From assembly GCA_040219255.1 (NCBI GenBank), contig JAVJSW010000008.1:45344-109343 (forward strand): a stretch of DNA of 64,000 nucleotides, written 5' to 3'. The position numbers were made by a program, and so were the translations under genes. Below the pieces are notes generated by a model that saw nothing but the letters and a program-made list of their open reading frames with translations, had not been told where the DNA came from and did no database searches. Shown piece after piece: positions 49,318 to 59,846 of this stretch. The stretch comes from Sumerlaeia bacterium (lineage in GTDB: Bacteria; Sumerlaeota; Sumerlaeia; SLMS01; JAHLLQ01). Positions within the stretch are counted from its first letter, which is position 1; every line of letters begins with the position of its first letter.

Positions 49318-49893
49318 ATGAAAACCCTCCACCTCACCTGCAACCACTGCGGCGCGCCGCTCGATGTGGCGGAAAACGCCAACTTCGTGACCTGCGGCCA
49401 TTGCGGGTCGCGGCTGAAGGTGGAGCGCACCGAGTCGTCCTACTCCACCTCGGTTCTGGAGAGCATCGACCGCCGCACCCAAGACATCCAGGAAGACCTG
49501 GAAAAGATCCGCCTTCATCACGAGCTGGAGCGCCTGGACCGGGAATGGGAGCGGAGCGGAGGGACGCCGCAAACCGCTCGCGACAAACTCCATGAGCCCA
49601 CCCGGTCCAAGCCTGGAGGGCTCATCGCAGGCGCGGTGATTCTGTCGCTGACTTTTTCGGGAATGTTCGGCATTCTGCAGAAGGCGTTGTGGAGCGGGAG
49701 TTCGTTGTGGGCTGCTTTGGTGTCGGGCGTGTTTATCCTGATCGTGGTGGGCTTGGTGGTCTTGATCGGAAAAGAATTCTTCACTCACGTCCTCGACGGA
49801 TACCACAACCCAACTCCGGAAGAAATCTACCGGAACCGCCGCGAGGAATTGCTGAAGCAATTGAGCGAACGCGAGAATAAGCGCGGCCGCTGA
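49318..49893 (+). CDS. Zinc-ribbon + coiled-coil + 2-TM protein, paralog A
   Basis: CNHCG...CGHCG, then LERLDREW, then two TM helices. Confidence 0.8.
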   Translation: MKTLHLTCNHCGAPLDVAENANFVTCGHCGSRLKVERTESSYSTSVLESIDRRTQDIQEDLEKIRLHHELERLDREWERSGGTPQTARDKLHEPTRSKPGGLIAGAVILSLTFSGMFGILQKALWSGSSLWAALVSGVFILIVVGLVVLIGKEFFTHVLDGYHNPTPEEIYRNRREELLKQLSERENKRGR

Positions 49894-49929
49894 CCGTAAG
49901 GTTACCTAGCGAAAGGGCTCGCCTCTGTG

Positions 49930-50502
49930 ATGAAGACCCTCCACCTCACCTGCAACCACTGCGGCGCACCGCTCGATGTGGCGGAAAACGCCAACTTCGT
50001 GACCTGCGGCCACTGCGGGTCGCGGCTGAAGATCGAGCGCACCGAGTCGTCCTACTCCACCTCGGTTCTGGAGAGCATCGACCGCCGCACCCAGGACATC
50101 CAGGAAGACATCGAAGTCCTGCACTTGCAGAACGACCTGGAACGCCTGGATCGCGAGTGGGAGCACGAGCGTGAGTCGCTTCTGATGTACGACAAACATG
50201 GGCGGGCGCATGAGCCGTCGAAGGCCACGACCATCGCTCAGGCAATCTTTGGCGTGGTGTTCTTGGTCGTCGCGTTCACTCTGGTGACAGGCGGAAATGC
50301 CTTCCGAACTTTTGGTTCGGCGCTGCCCAGCATGCTCTTCATGGTTGTGGCTGCCATCGTGGTTTTGGGACTCGTGGCCGGTCTCTTCAGGTCTTTCGGC
50401 AAAGCTGGCCACTACGCCACCCGCCAATCGGATTATCATGCACGAAGGCATCGACTGCTCGCGCAGATGGAGCGCAAGCGCCGGCGCGGCTCCCGGCCGT
50501 GA
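49930..50502 (+). CDS. Zinc-ribbon + coiled-coil + 2-TM protein, paralog B
   Basis: Same N-terminus as paralog A with a different TM region. Confidence 0.8.
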   Translation: MKTLHLTCNHCGAPLDVAENANFVTCGHCGSRLKIERTESSYSTSVLESIDRRTQDIQEDIEVLHLQNDLERLDREWEHERESLLMYDKHGRAHEPSKATTIAQAIFGVVFLVVAFTLVTGGNAFRTFGSALPSMLFMVVAAIVVLGLVAGLFRSFGKAGHYATRQSDYHARRHRLLAQMERKRRRGSRP

Positions 50503-50543
50503 ACTCGCTGCCAGATCGGAGAAATGCCGCTCCATTCCACAAC

Positions 50544-50580
50544 CTCTCTGCAACCTCTGTCCTCTGTGCCCTCTGCGGTA
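50544..50580 (-). repeat. Copy of the CAGAG-periodic intergenic repeat
   Basis: Reverse complement TACCGCAGAGGGCACAGAGGACAGAGGTTGCAGAGAG, similar to the copy at 16358. Confidence 0.55.
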
Positions 50581-50693
50581 GAATATCTTCTCTGAACCCT
50601 CCGTCGCCGATTTCACTTGAAAGCTTCCCGTCCGTATCCTATGACAGTGGCAATGAACCAACCTCCATCCCAGCCGCTGGAAAGGACACGATC

Positions 50694-51134
50694 ATGGAAT
50701 TCAGGAAGGCTTATTCGTCCCGACTCGAGAACCATCCCCTGTGGGATTTGTCGCTCCGCCTGATTGCCGCCTGGGCGGGCATCATGATCGTGCTCAGTTT
50801 GCTACACACGGCCAACGTGGGCCGCGAACTGGTGGCCGCTCTGCCGCTGATCGAGATCACGCTGATCGTCTTCGTGGCGGGCCTGACGATGTACCTGATG
50901 CGGGCTCTGTTGTGGGCGCGGCACTATGGAACGCTCTCGCCTGACGCGTCGAAGACGATAACCGGCTTGATCCGGTCCGGCCAGTTCCCGTTCAAGAGTA
51001 GCCGGAGGCATCACACCACCCATGGCACCTTCTTCGGCTCCTCGCAAGAAACCCCCAACCGCAAGCGCGACCACCGTTCATCTGGTTTCTGTCGGCGTCA
51101 GCCATGCCCCAGCGGGCTCCGCGGACGTCGTTGA
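50694..51134 (+). CDS. Small 2-TM membrane protein
   Basis: GAAAGGA RBS and two hydrophobic helices; 3' end overlaps the next gene by about 110 nt. Confidence 0.55.
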   Translation: MEFRKAYSSRLENHPLWDLSLRLIAAWAGIMIVLSLLHTANVGRELVAALPLIEITLIVFVAGLTMYLMRALLWARHYGTLSPDASKTITGLIRSGQFPFKSSRRHHTTHGTFFGSSQETPNRKRDHRSSGFCRRQPCPSGLRGRR

Positions 51135-52434
51135 CGCCCTCTCGAAAGACATCAAGTCCCAGTCCCCCGATCGCTTGATCGCCATCGGGACGGAGGAGGG
51201 CCGGGAAAACGCCGAGCGGCTGGTCAAGCTCGTCGGCCTGAAACGGGGCGCCTCCGAGGTCGTCCAACTCGAGTCGGCTCAAAGTCTCGAGGAAGCCTAT
51301 CGGGCGGCGAACGATTTGCTGCGGCGCCTGGACGAGGAGGGCGTCCCGCCGGAAAACATCGTGATTCACTACACCGCCGGGACCAAGGTCATGTCCGCCG
51401 GTCTGGTGCTGGCGGGTGTGGGCCATGGTTGCCGCTGCCTGCGCTATCTCTTTTCCGCCGGTCCGGGCAGTGGCGCCTCCAGCCCGGTGAACGTCTCCTC
51501 TGCCGCCGTGCGGGCCGAGGGCGACATCCGCCGCGCCACTTTGCTGCTGCGGGATTTCCGCTTTCGCAGCGCCGCCGATCTGTTGCGAACGGTAGACCCC
51601 AGCCTTCTTTCCGACAAATCCATCGATCGCTGGAAGTCCCTCAAGGTCCTTTCGGGGGCCTACGCCGCCTGGGACAATTTCCGCGTCCGGCGCTTCCTGC
51701 GGGATTATCGGTCCCTGCGGGGGAAAATCGAGGCCGCCAGGGAACTGACCCTGGCGCCGGAAACACTCAAGGCCCTCGACCGCATCGCCAAGGTGGATCG
51801 CAGCGTCGGCACCTATCCGGTCGAGTTGATCTATGACCTGTATAACAACGCGGTGCGGCGCCTGATGGAGCGCCGCACCGACGACGCGGTGGTGCGCCTG
51901 TGCCGCGCCGGGGAACTTTTCGCGCAGAATCTCCTGATGGCGAACTTCCGCATCCGCACCGACGACGTGGAAATCCGCAAAGTTCCGCCCCGCCAGCGTG
52001 TGCTTTTCGAGGCGTTGCGGCGCCTCGACGACGCGAAGATCAAAATCGGACTGCGCAAATCCTACGAACTGCTCTCGTACCTCGGTCATCCGGTGGGCCA
52101 GGCCTTTGTTCAGAACGACGCTCTGAGCGGCATCCTGGCCGAGCGGCGCCACGTGGTGCTCTTCCATGGCACCCAGCCCGCGCAGACCCGCGTGGCAATG
52201 GAGCTTCACGACGAGTTGCTGGCGCTCTTCCGGCTCGAAATCTCGGACTTCTCCGGAGCCGCCGCGCGCCAGCAATTTCCCTGGATCGACAACGCGGATG
52301 TCTTGACACGGTTGCGAGCGGTCAAGGAAGAGGACACGCCGGTCACGTCCCAGGAGCAGCCCCAAAAGGCGCCCGCGGCGAGCGACCGGCCCCGAAACGC
52401 AAGTCCCCGCAAAGGCAGGAAGACGGCGCGATGA
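51022..52434 (+). CDS. CARF-HEPN protein, TIGR02710-like (CRISPR-associated family)
   Basis: SVG, HYTAGTKVMSAGL (CARF), Y..WDNF, DLYNNAVRR...DDAVVRLCRAGEL, HEPN-like RRHVVLFHG. Confidence 0.8.
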   Translation: MAPSSAPRKKPPTASATTVHLVSVGVSHAPAGSADVVDALSKDIKSQSPDRLIAIGTEEGRENAERLVKLVGLKRGASEVVQLESAQSLEEAYRAANDLLRRLDEEGVPPENIVIHYTAGTKVMSAGLVLAGVGHGCRCLRYLFSAGPGSGASSPVNVSSAAVRAEGDIRRATLLLRDFRFRSAADLLRTVDPSLLSDKSIDRWKSLKVLSGAYAAWDNFRVRRFLRDYRSLRGKIEAARELTLAPETLKALDRIAKVDRSVGTYPVELIYDLYNNAVRRLMERRTDDAVVRLCRAGELFAQNLLMANFRIRTDDVEIRKVPPRQRVLFEALRRLDDAKIKIGLRKSYELLSYLGHPVGQAFVQNDALSGILAERRHVVLFHGTQPAQTRVAMELHDELLALFRLEISDFSGAAARQQFPWIDNADVLTRLRAVKEEDTPVTSQEQPQKAPAASDRPRNASPRKGRKTAR

Positions 52435-52949
52435 CGAAACAAATCTCCGCGAAGGAAATCATCGACGGGCTCAAACTGATGCCCCATCCGGAAGGCGGTT
52501 TCTTTCGCGAGGTCCATCGCTCGCCCATGACCGTCAAGCACCCGAGTCCGCCGGCCAACGAAACCCCGACCCGCGCGGCGATGACGAGTATCTACTTCCT
52601 GCTCGAAGGCAGCGACTTCTCCGCCTTTCATCGCGTCCGCAGCGACGAGACCTGGCATCTCTACGGCGGAGGGCCTCTCGAGTTGCATATGCTGTCTCAG
52701 AAGGGCGAATACGAAAGGCGCATTCTCGGCTTCGACCTCGGCGCCGGCTACACGCCCCAGATCACCATTCCCGCCATGTCCTGGCAGGCCGCCTGCCCCG
52801 CACCAAACGTGTCTTACGCGCTCTGCGGATGCACCGTGGCGCCGGGGTTCGATTTCGTGGATTTCAAAATGGTGAGCTTCCGCGAGCTGAGCCTCAGTTA
52901 TCCGCAGCACGAAGACCTGATCCGCCGCTTCACCCGAGGGCCGCGGTAG
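52431..52949 (+). CDS. Cupin DUF985 family protein
   Basis: PHPEGGFFRE, TSIYFLL, HRVRSDETWH, WQAA and GCTVAPGFDF; ATGA overlap with the CARF gene. Confidence 0.92.
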   Translation: MTKQISAKEIIDGLKLMPHPEGGFFREVHRSPMTVKHPSPPANETPTRAAMTSIYFLLEGSDFSAFHRVRSDETWHLYGGGPLELHMLSQKGEYERRILGFDLGAGYTPQITIPAMSWQAACPAPNVSYALCGCTVAPGFDFVDFKMVSFRELSLSYPQHEDLIRRFTRGPR

Positions 52950-52956
52950 GCGTTGG

Positions 52957-53169
52957 GAACCACGGAGAGCGGTGAGTACAGAGGTTTCATAGAGGGAAGA
53001 TCAGCCGCAGATGAATAGGATGAATGGGATTTTCTTTTTCCGACAATGAGGGATAGCTTATCCCTCTTCCTCAAATCGCTCTGAAAAAAAAGTTGCTTCT
53101 AATCATCCTTTTCATTCTATTGCTCTGCGACTTTAGCCTTCTCTGTGAAGCCTCCAACTTCTGTGGTTC
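52957..53169. repeat. Nested inverted repeats between convergent genes
   Basis: Outer GAACCACGGAG / CTTCTGTGGTTC, inner GATGAATAGGATGAAT / ATCATCCTTTTCATT, central GAGGGATA-GCT-TATCCCTC hairpin. Confidence 0.6.
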
Positions 53170-53175
53170 ATCAAC

Positions 53176-54783
53176 TCACGGCTTGCGCGCCCGCTCCTCG
53201 GTGGACTGGTCTTTGATGAAGCCCTCGGCCAGCGCCTTTTGCTCGGGATGGCGTTCGAAAAGGAGCACCTGGTTCAGGATTTTCTTCGCCAGGGCCTTGC
53301 TCGCATGGCCCTTCTTCAGGCGCCATTGCCAGTTGCCCGCTTCACGGCCGGGGAAGTTCATGCGGGCTTCGCCACCCAGGCCGAGGAAGTCCTGCATCGG
53401 AATGATCGTGGTGTTGCCCACACTGGCCAGAGCCGCCCGGATCAGGGTTTCGTGCGCCTGCTTGCCATCGGTGTCGAAGTACGCCTTGAAGAGCGCCTTG
53501 TCGCTCGGCGTGGCATCGTCCTTCCACCAGCCGGCGGTCGTATTGTTATCATGCGTGCCGGTGTAAACGGTGCTGGTGACTTCGACCTTATGGGGCTGGA
53601 AATCGCATCCCGGGTCCGGAACGGGGGGCTTGGTGCTGGCGGCGGTCCAGCCGAACTGGAGAACCTTCATGCCGGGCAGGTTGAATTCGTGGCGCAGCGC
53701 TTCCACTTCGGCGGTGATGACGCCGAGGTTTTCGGCGATAATCGGCAGGTCCTTGCCGACGCCCTTTTGAAGCGCCTTGAACAGCTTGTTGCCGGGGCCG
53801 GGGATCCACTTGCCGTTGATGGCGGTTTCTTCGCCGAAAGGCACGGACCAGTAGGCTTCGAAGCCGCGGAAGTGATCGAGCCGGATCACGTCCACCAGTT
53901 CCAGGATGCCCTTCATGCGGGTGATCCACCACTTGTAGCCGTTCTTGTCCATCAAATCCCAGTCATAGAGCGGGTTGCCCCAGAGCTGACCGGTTTCGCT
54001 GAAGTAATCGGGCGGCACGCCCGCGACGGCCTTCGGGTTGCCCTTCTTGTCGATCTGGAACAGGTTCTGATTGGCCCAGGTGTCGGCGCTGTCGAAGGCC
54101 ACGTAAATCGGCATGTCGCCGACGATGGCGATGTTGCGTTCGCGGGCGGCGGCGCGCACCGTTTCCCACTGATCGAAAAACAGGAACTGGAGGAAAACCT
54201 GGTATTCGATCTGCTCCGCGTGCTCCTTGCGGGCTTTCGCCACGGCGGCTTCATCGCAGACGCGCAGTCCTTTGGCCCACGTGTTCCAGACCCGGCCGTT
54301 GTGCGCGTCCTTGAGGGCGATGAAGAGCGCGTAGTCTTCCAGCCACACCTTGGTCATCTTCTTTTTGCGCCAAGCGTCCAGGCGCTTGGCCACGTCGTCG
54401 AACTTGCCTTTTGCGCGACCCGCCTGGTAGCGGTCGTAGGTCTTGCGCAGCAGCGCGTTTTTCCACTCGATCACCGGACCGTAGTCCACCTTGTCTTCCG
54501 GAAAGGAGACACCCTTCAGGTCGGCGGCGGTCAGGAGACCCTCCTTCTTGAGAAGGTCCGGGCTGATCAGGAAGGTGTTGCCGGCGAAGGCGGAGAAGCA
54601 CTGATAGGGCGAGTCGGCGAAGCCCGTGGGGCCCAGGGGAAGCACCTGCCAAATGCCGATGCCGGCCTCCTTCATCCAATCGAGGAACTTGATGCATTCC
54701 GGCCCCAGGTCGCCAATTCCATAAGCTCCGGGCAGGGACGTGGGATGGAGCAAGACTCCGGCAAGACGGCGATCTAGGGTCAC
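53176..54783 (-). CDS. malQ: 4-alpha-glucanotransferase (amylomaltase, GH77)
   Basis: GVLLHPTSLPG, WQVLPL, GVPPDYFSETGQLWGNPLY, RLDHFRG and YTGTHDN. Confidence 0.96.
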   Translation of the reverse strand: MTLDRRLAGVLLHPTSLPGAYGIGDLGPECIKFLDWMKEAGIGIWQVLPLGPTGFADSPYQCFSAFAGNTFLISPDLLKKEGLLTAADLKGVSFPEDKVDYGPVIEWKNALLRKTYDRYQAGRAKGKFDDVAKRLDAWRKKKMTKVWLEDYALFIALKDAHNGRVWNTWAKGLRVCDEAAVAKARKEHAEQIEYQVFLQFLFFDQWETVRAAARERNIAIVGDMPIYVAFDSADTWANQNLFQIDKKGNPKAVAGVPPDYFSETGQLWGNPLYDWDLMDKNGYKWWITRMKGILELVDVIRLDHFRGFEAYWSVPFGEETAINGKWIPGPGNKLFKALQKGVGKDLPIIAENLGVITAEVEALRHEFNLPGMKVLQFGWTAASTKPPVPDPGCDFQPHKVEVTSTVYTGTHDNNTTAGWWKDDATPSDKALFKAYFDTDGKQAHETLIRAALASVGNTTIIPMQDFLGLGGEARMNFPGREAGNWQWRLKKGHASKALAKKILNQVLLFERHPEQKALAEGFIKDQSTEERARKP

Positions 54784-55098
54784 AGGGAAACCTCCAAAGG
54801 GGGGAGAAAGATTGGCCACTCCAGACGGGGACTCCACGTTCGGACTCCTGACTGGGGCACAGAACGTAGCCTATGAGGGATTGAAGCGGTGCGGCGCAAG
54901 TCTGGACCAATTCAATGACGGAACGGAATGACATTTTTCCGCCGGGCTGCTTTTCCGTTGCCCGCAACGCCAGAGTTTGTGGGACTTTCCCCTGATTCCA
55001 TCGGCAGTCCACACGTTCGCCCGCCGCACTGGCTCGCCTGACTCTGGCCCTCATCCTGCGTTGGACGTTCCCCAGCTCCTTACCGGAAAGGTTCACCC

Positions 55099-56190
55099 GT
55101 GCAACGAGAAGTCCTCCGCGACCGCTTCCTAGGCACCATCACCGGTCTGGCCATCGGCGAAGCGCTGGGGGCGCAGTTCGAAGGGCGCAGCGCCACCGAT
55201 ATCCAGATGTCCCTGGGCAACGCGCCCACCAAAATGGAAGGCGGCGGCCGATACAAGCTCAAGCCCGGTGAAAACACCGACGACGCCCAGCAGGTCATCC
55301 TCATGATGGACTCGCTGAACACGATGGACAATTTCGACGGGCCCGACATCGCCCTGCGCCTGGTGAACTGGGCCACGACCCGTCCCAAAGGGCTCGGTCC
55401 CCACAGCGAAGAAATCCTCAACCGCCTCAAGCGCAAGCTCGACGATTGGACCGAACCGGCGCACCGCGTCTGGTACCGCAGCAGCGGCACCGCGGCCGGC
55501 AACGGCGCCTTCGCCCGGGCTCTCGTGGTCGGACTCTTCTATTGGAACGACATCGACGAAATGGTGGAGAACACCATCCGCGCCTGCCAGATCACCCACT
55601 GGGATCCGCGCACCATCGAATCCGCCCTCGTTCTCAATTTCCTTCTGGTGCAGTGCCTGCACCAACGGTTCTCGCCGGACCTCTACCATCAGGCGATCAT
55701 GTTCCTGGAGGCGACGCGCCGTTCGCCCAAGTTCGAGAAAATGGTCCTCGACGTCGATTTCGAGAAACTCCACGAGTACTCCAACTTCACTCCATACGCC
55801 CCCTATGACACGGAACCGGAAGTGGTGCTGACAGCTCTCAAGCGCGTCCCGAACATGCAACTCATGGACCTGCGCACCACCGGCTTCTCGGTCCACACGA
55901 TGCAGTTGGCGGTCTGGATTCTGTTCAATTCGCGCAACTTCCAGGACGCCATCAGCCGCGCCGTGCGGCTCGGAGGCGACTCGGACACGCAAGGGGCGGT
56001 CGTCGGCGCCCTGATGGGCGCCCGCGTCGGATTGGCGCAGATCCCCGGCTATTGGCGCGCGCCCCTCATCAGCCACGCCGACATCACCCGCAAGGCGGAA
56101 GTGCTCCTGGACCGGTCCCTCGAAGCCGAGGAGAAGCAGTTCCAGGAGGGCAAGCGCGCACCCACCAAGGAACCGCCGCGAGTTCTCTAG
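55099..56190 (+). CDS. ADP-ribosylglycohydrolase family protein (divergent)
   Basis: GEALG, TDD, GNGA, ITH and GGDSDT motifs. Confidence 0.85.
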   Translation: MQREVLRDRFLGTITGLAIGEALGAQFEGRSATDIQMSLGNAPTKMEGGGRYKLKPGENTDDAQQVILMMDSLNTMDNFDGPDIALRLVNWATTRPKGLGPHSEEILNRLKRKLDDWTEPAHRVWYRSSGTAAGNGAFARALVVGLFYWNDIDEMVENTIRACQITHWDPRTIESALVLNFLLVQCLHQRFSPDLYHQAIMFLEATRRSPKFEKMVLDVDFEKLHEYSNFTPYAPYDTEPEVVLTALKRVPNMQLMDLRTTGFSVHTMQLAVWILFNSRNFQDAISRAVRLGGDSDTQGAVVGALMGARVGLAQIPGYWRAPLISHADITRKAEVLLDRSLEAEEKQFQEGKRAPTKEPPRVL

Positions 56191-56247
56191 CGCCGCCAAG
56201 GCGGAAGCTTTTCGCGCGCGAACCCCATTCGAATCCACATCCCCCCG

Positions 56248-56832
56248 CTACCCCTTCGGTTCCGGACTCCAGGCATTGAAAATCGCCATCGCCTTGTCGA
56301 GGCCGCTGGCCAGGATTTCTTCCAGGCAGTCAGCGGAAACCTCCACCGAAAGTGGCCCCAGCTCCTTGCCCTCGCCCCACATCGGCGAGAGCACATAATC
56401 GGCCATGCTATTGACCGGCCGCGGAGGCTGGCAACCGATCCGCAGACGGGGGAAGTCCTGTGTTTTCAGGTGCTGGATCAGGCTCCGCAGGCCATTGTGG
56501 CTGCCATGACTGCCCTTGGCCCGCAGGCGGATTTTTCCGTACGGCAGCGCGATGTCGTCGCAAACCGCCACGACACGATCCGGCGCCACGTCGTAATAGT
56601 CGCAGAACGGCCGGACCGCTTCGCCGCTCACGTTCATGAACGTCATGGGTTTCATCAGGACGACCTTTTCGCCCTGGAAGTTGGCGACGGCGAGGCGCGC
56701 CTTGAACTTCTTGGCGTCTTCCCACTCGAGGCCGTGCCGCCTCGCCAGCACGTCCACCACGTCGAAACCCAGGTTGTGTGGCGTGCGTTCGTATTTCGAG
56801 CCCGGATTTCCCAAACCGCAAATCAACCACAT
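56248..56832 (-). CDS. pth: Peptidyl-tRNA hydrolase
   Basis: GLGNPG, TPHNLGF, KPMTFMN.SG, HNGL and RLRIG. Confidence 0.96.
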   Translation of the reverse strand: MWLICGLGNPGSKYERTPHNLGFDVVDVLARRHGLEWEDAKKFKARLAVANFQGEKVVLMKPMTFMNVSGEAVRPFCDYYDVAPDRVVAVCDDIALPYGKIRLRAKGSHGSHNGLRSLIQHLKTQDFPRLRIGCQPPRPVNSMADYVLSPMWGEGKELGPLSVEVSADCLEEILASGLDKAMAIFNAWSPEPKG

Positions 56833-56942
56833 CGCGCCGTTCTCCTGGTGCCTGGAATGCAAAATCCCGCCACGCGGGCGGGGCGGAGACTGCGGGCCAA
56901 GGTCGGTCCGGCCAAGGGAAAAGTCCCGGCCGGGGCCTATGA

Positions 56943-57671
56943 CTACTTGCGATAGCGGATCAGATCGCCATCGCTGACCGTGCCGTTCGTCGGGTCGTAA
57001 GTCAGATCGGCGAGCGCCAGGTCCAAGCTGTTGAATTGCGTATCGACAGCCGTGGTGACGGCGGTATCGGTCTGCTCGATGTAGTGAATGACGGCGCGTT
57101 CATTCACATCGCCCAGGCGCGCCGGACTGCCGGTGTCGCTGGCGGTGGAGAGCGGATTGGTGTTCGTCGTTCCGATGCCGCCCGGATCGAGGACGTCGGC
57201 GTCGGGGCCGAAGCTGGTCATGATCCAGCCGTTCTGCAAATCCTTGGCATTGCGGAACTGATAGGTCAGGGGGCCGCCCACCTGCTCGGCGAAAACATCG
57301 CGCGGCACCGTCGTCACATACGCGATGGGAGTGGTCAAGGAGGCGAAATCGGACCCGGCAGTCAGCGCCCCGTTGCGCAGCGCGAAGGTATAGTAGCCCG
57401 CCGTCAGGCCATACTGATCCAGGAAGGCGATGGCGTCGAGGGGCTGCTTGCTGGCGCTGTCGGAGCCCTCCGGGTACTTGTTGAAGTCGACGCGATAGGA
57501 TTCGACGGCGGTTTCGATGGTGCGCATGTCCGAGAGGGCGCGACTGACCTTGGCGCGGATTTGCGCCTCCAGGAAGTTGGGTACGGCGATCGCCGCCAGA
57601 ATGGCGATAATGGCGACAACAATCAGCAGTTCAATCAACGTGAAGGCGCGAGACGGCGCGGAACGGAACAT
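56943..57671 (-). CDS. Prepilin-type N-terminal cleavage/methylation domain protein
   Basis: RAFTLIELLIVVAIIAILAAIAVPNF, LTTPIAY, SFGPD and YDPTNGTVSDGD. Confidence 0.88.
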   Translation of the reverse strand: MFRSAPSRAFTLIELLIVVAIIAILAAIAVPNFLEAQIRAKVSRALSDMRTIETAVESYRVDFNKYPEGSDSASKQPLDAIAFLDQYGLTAGYYTFALRNGALTAGSDFASLTTPIAYVTTVPRDVFAEQVGGPLTYQFRNAKDLQNGWIMTSFGPDADVLDPGGIGTTNTNPLSTASDTGSPARLGDVNERAVIHYIEQTDTAVTTAVDTQFNSLDLALADLTYDPTNGTVSDGDLIRYRK

Positions 57672-57906
57672 TAAGGGAAAACCTTCTGGGAGAGATGGCG
57701 GAGGAAACTGTCCGCTTGGGAGGCAGCGTCGCCCGGGGAAGAGGTTGGTAGGGCGGACATATTGGGCGGCGCAACCGCTTTTTAGGCATACCAAACTTCT
57801 TCTTGAGTGACATACTTTTTCTTAGTCTCTCGGAATTACCCGCTCGTCTTTTCCCTTGATTTCCCGGGCTGGCCCTGCTCACTTATCCCCAGCTTGTGCG
57901 AAATCC

Positions 57907-57944
57907 GCTTGGGCCGCCCCGCTTGGGGCGGCCCAAGCTGTTTT
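57907..57944 (+). terminator. Leader hairpin (attenuator-like) upstream of nusA
   Basis: Perfect 14-bp stem GCTTGGGCCGCCCC-GCTT-GGGGCGGCCCAAGC followed by TGTTTT, about 70 nt before the nusA start. Confidence 0.6.
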
Positions 57945-58010
57945 CCGCCAAGTCCCTCACCCACAAACAAGCCCCAGCGCCCATAGCGCGCGCAGACAGG
58001 ATCGCGGACC

Positions 58011-59843
<1,833 letters not shown>

Positions 59844-59846
59844 CCC

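Noticed and set aside
49318-50109. Diversity-generating retroelement TR/VR pair
   Set aside because: Both copies are 5' coding ends, the few differences are mostly synonymous and not adenine-specific, and no reverse transcriptase is present.
49200-53176. CRISPR array or cas genes near the CARF gene
   Set aside because: No regularly spaced direct repeats with unique spacers; nearby repeats are a gene duplication and inverted elements.
54784-55098. Riboswitch or ncRNA in the long malQ/ARH divergent gap (also 19906-20130 and 21710-21936)
   Set aside because: No recognisable conserved RNA motif by eye; an Rfam/Infernal scan would be needed to exclude one.
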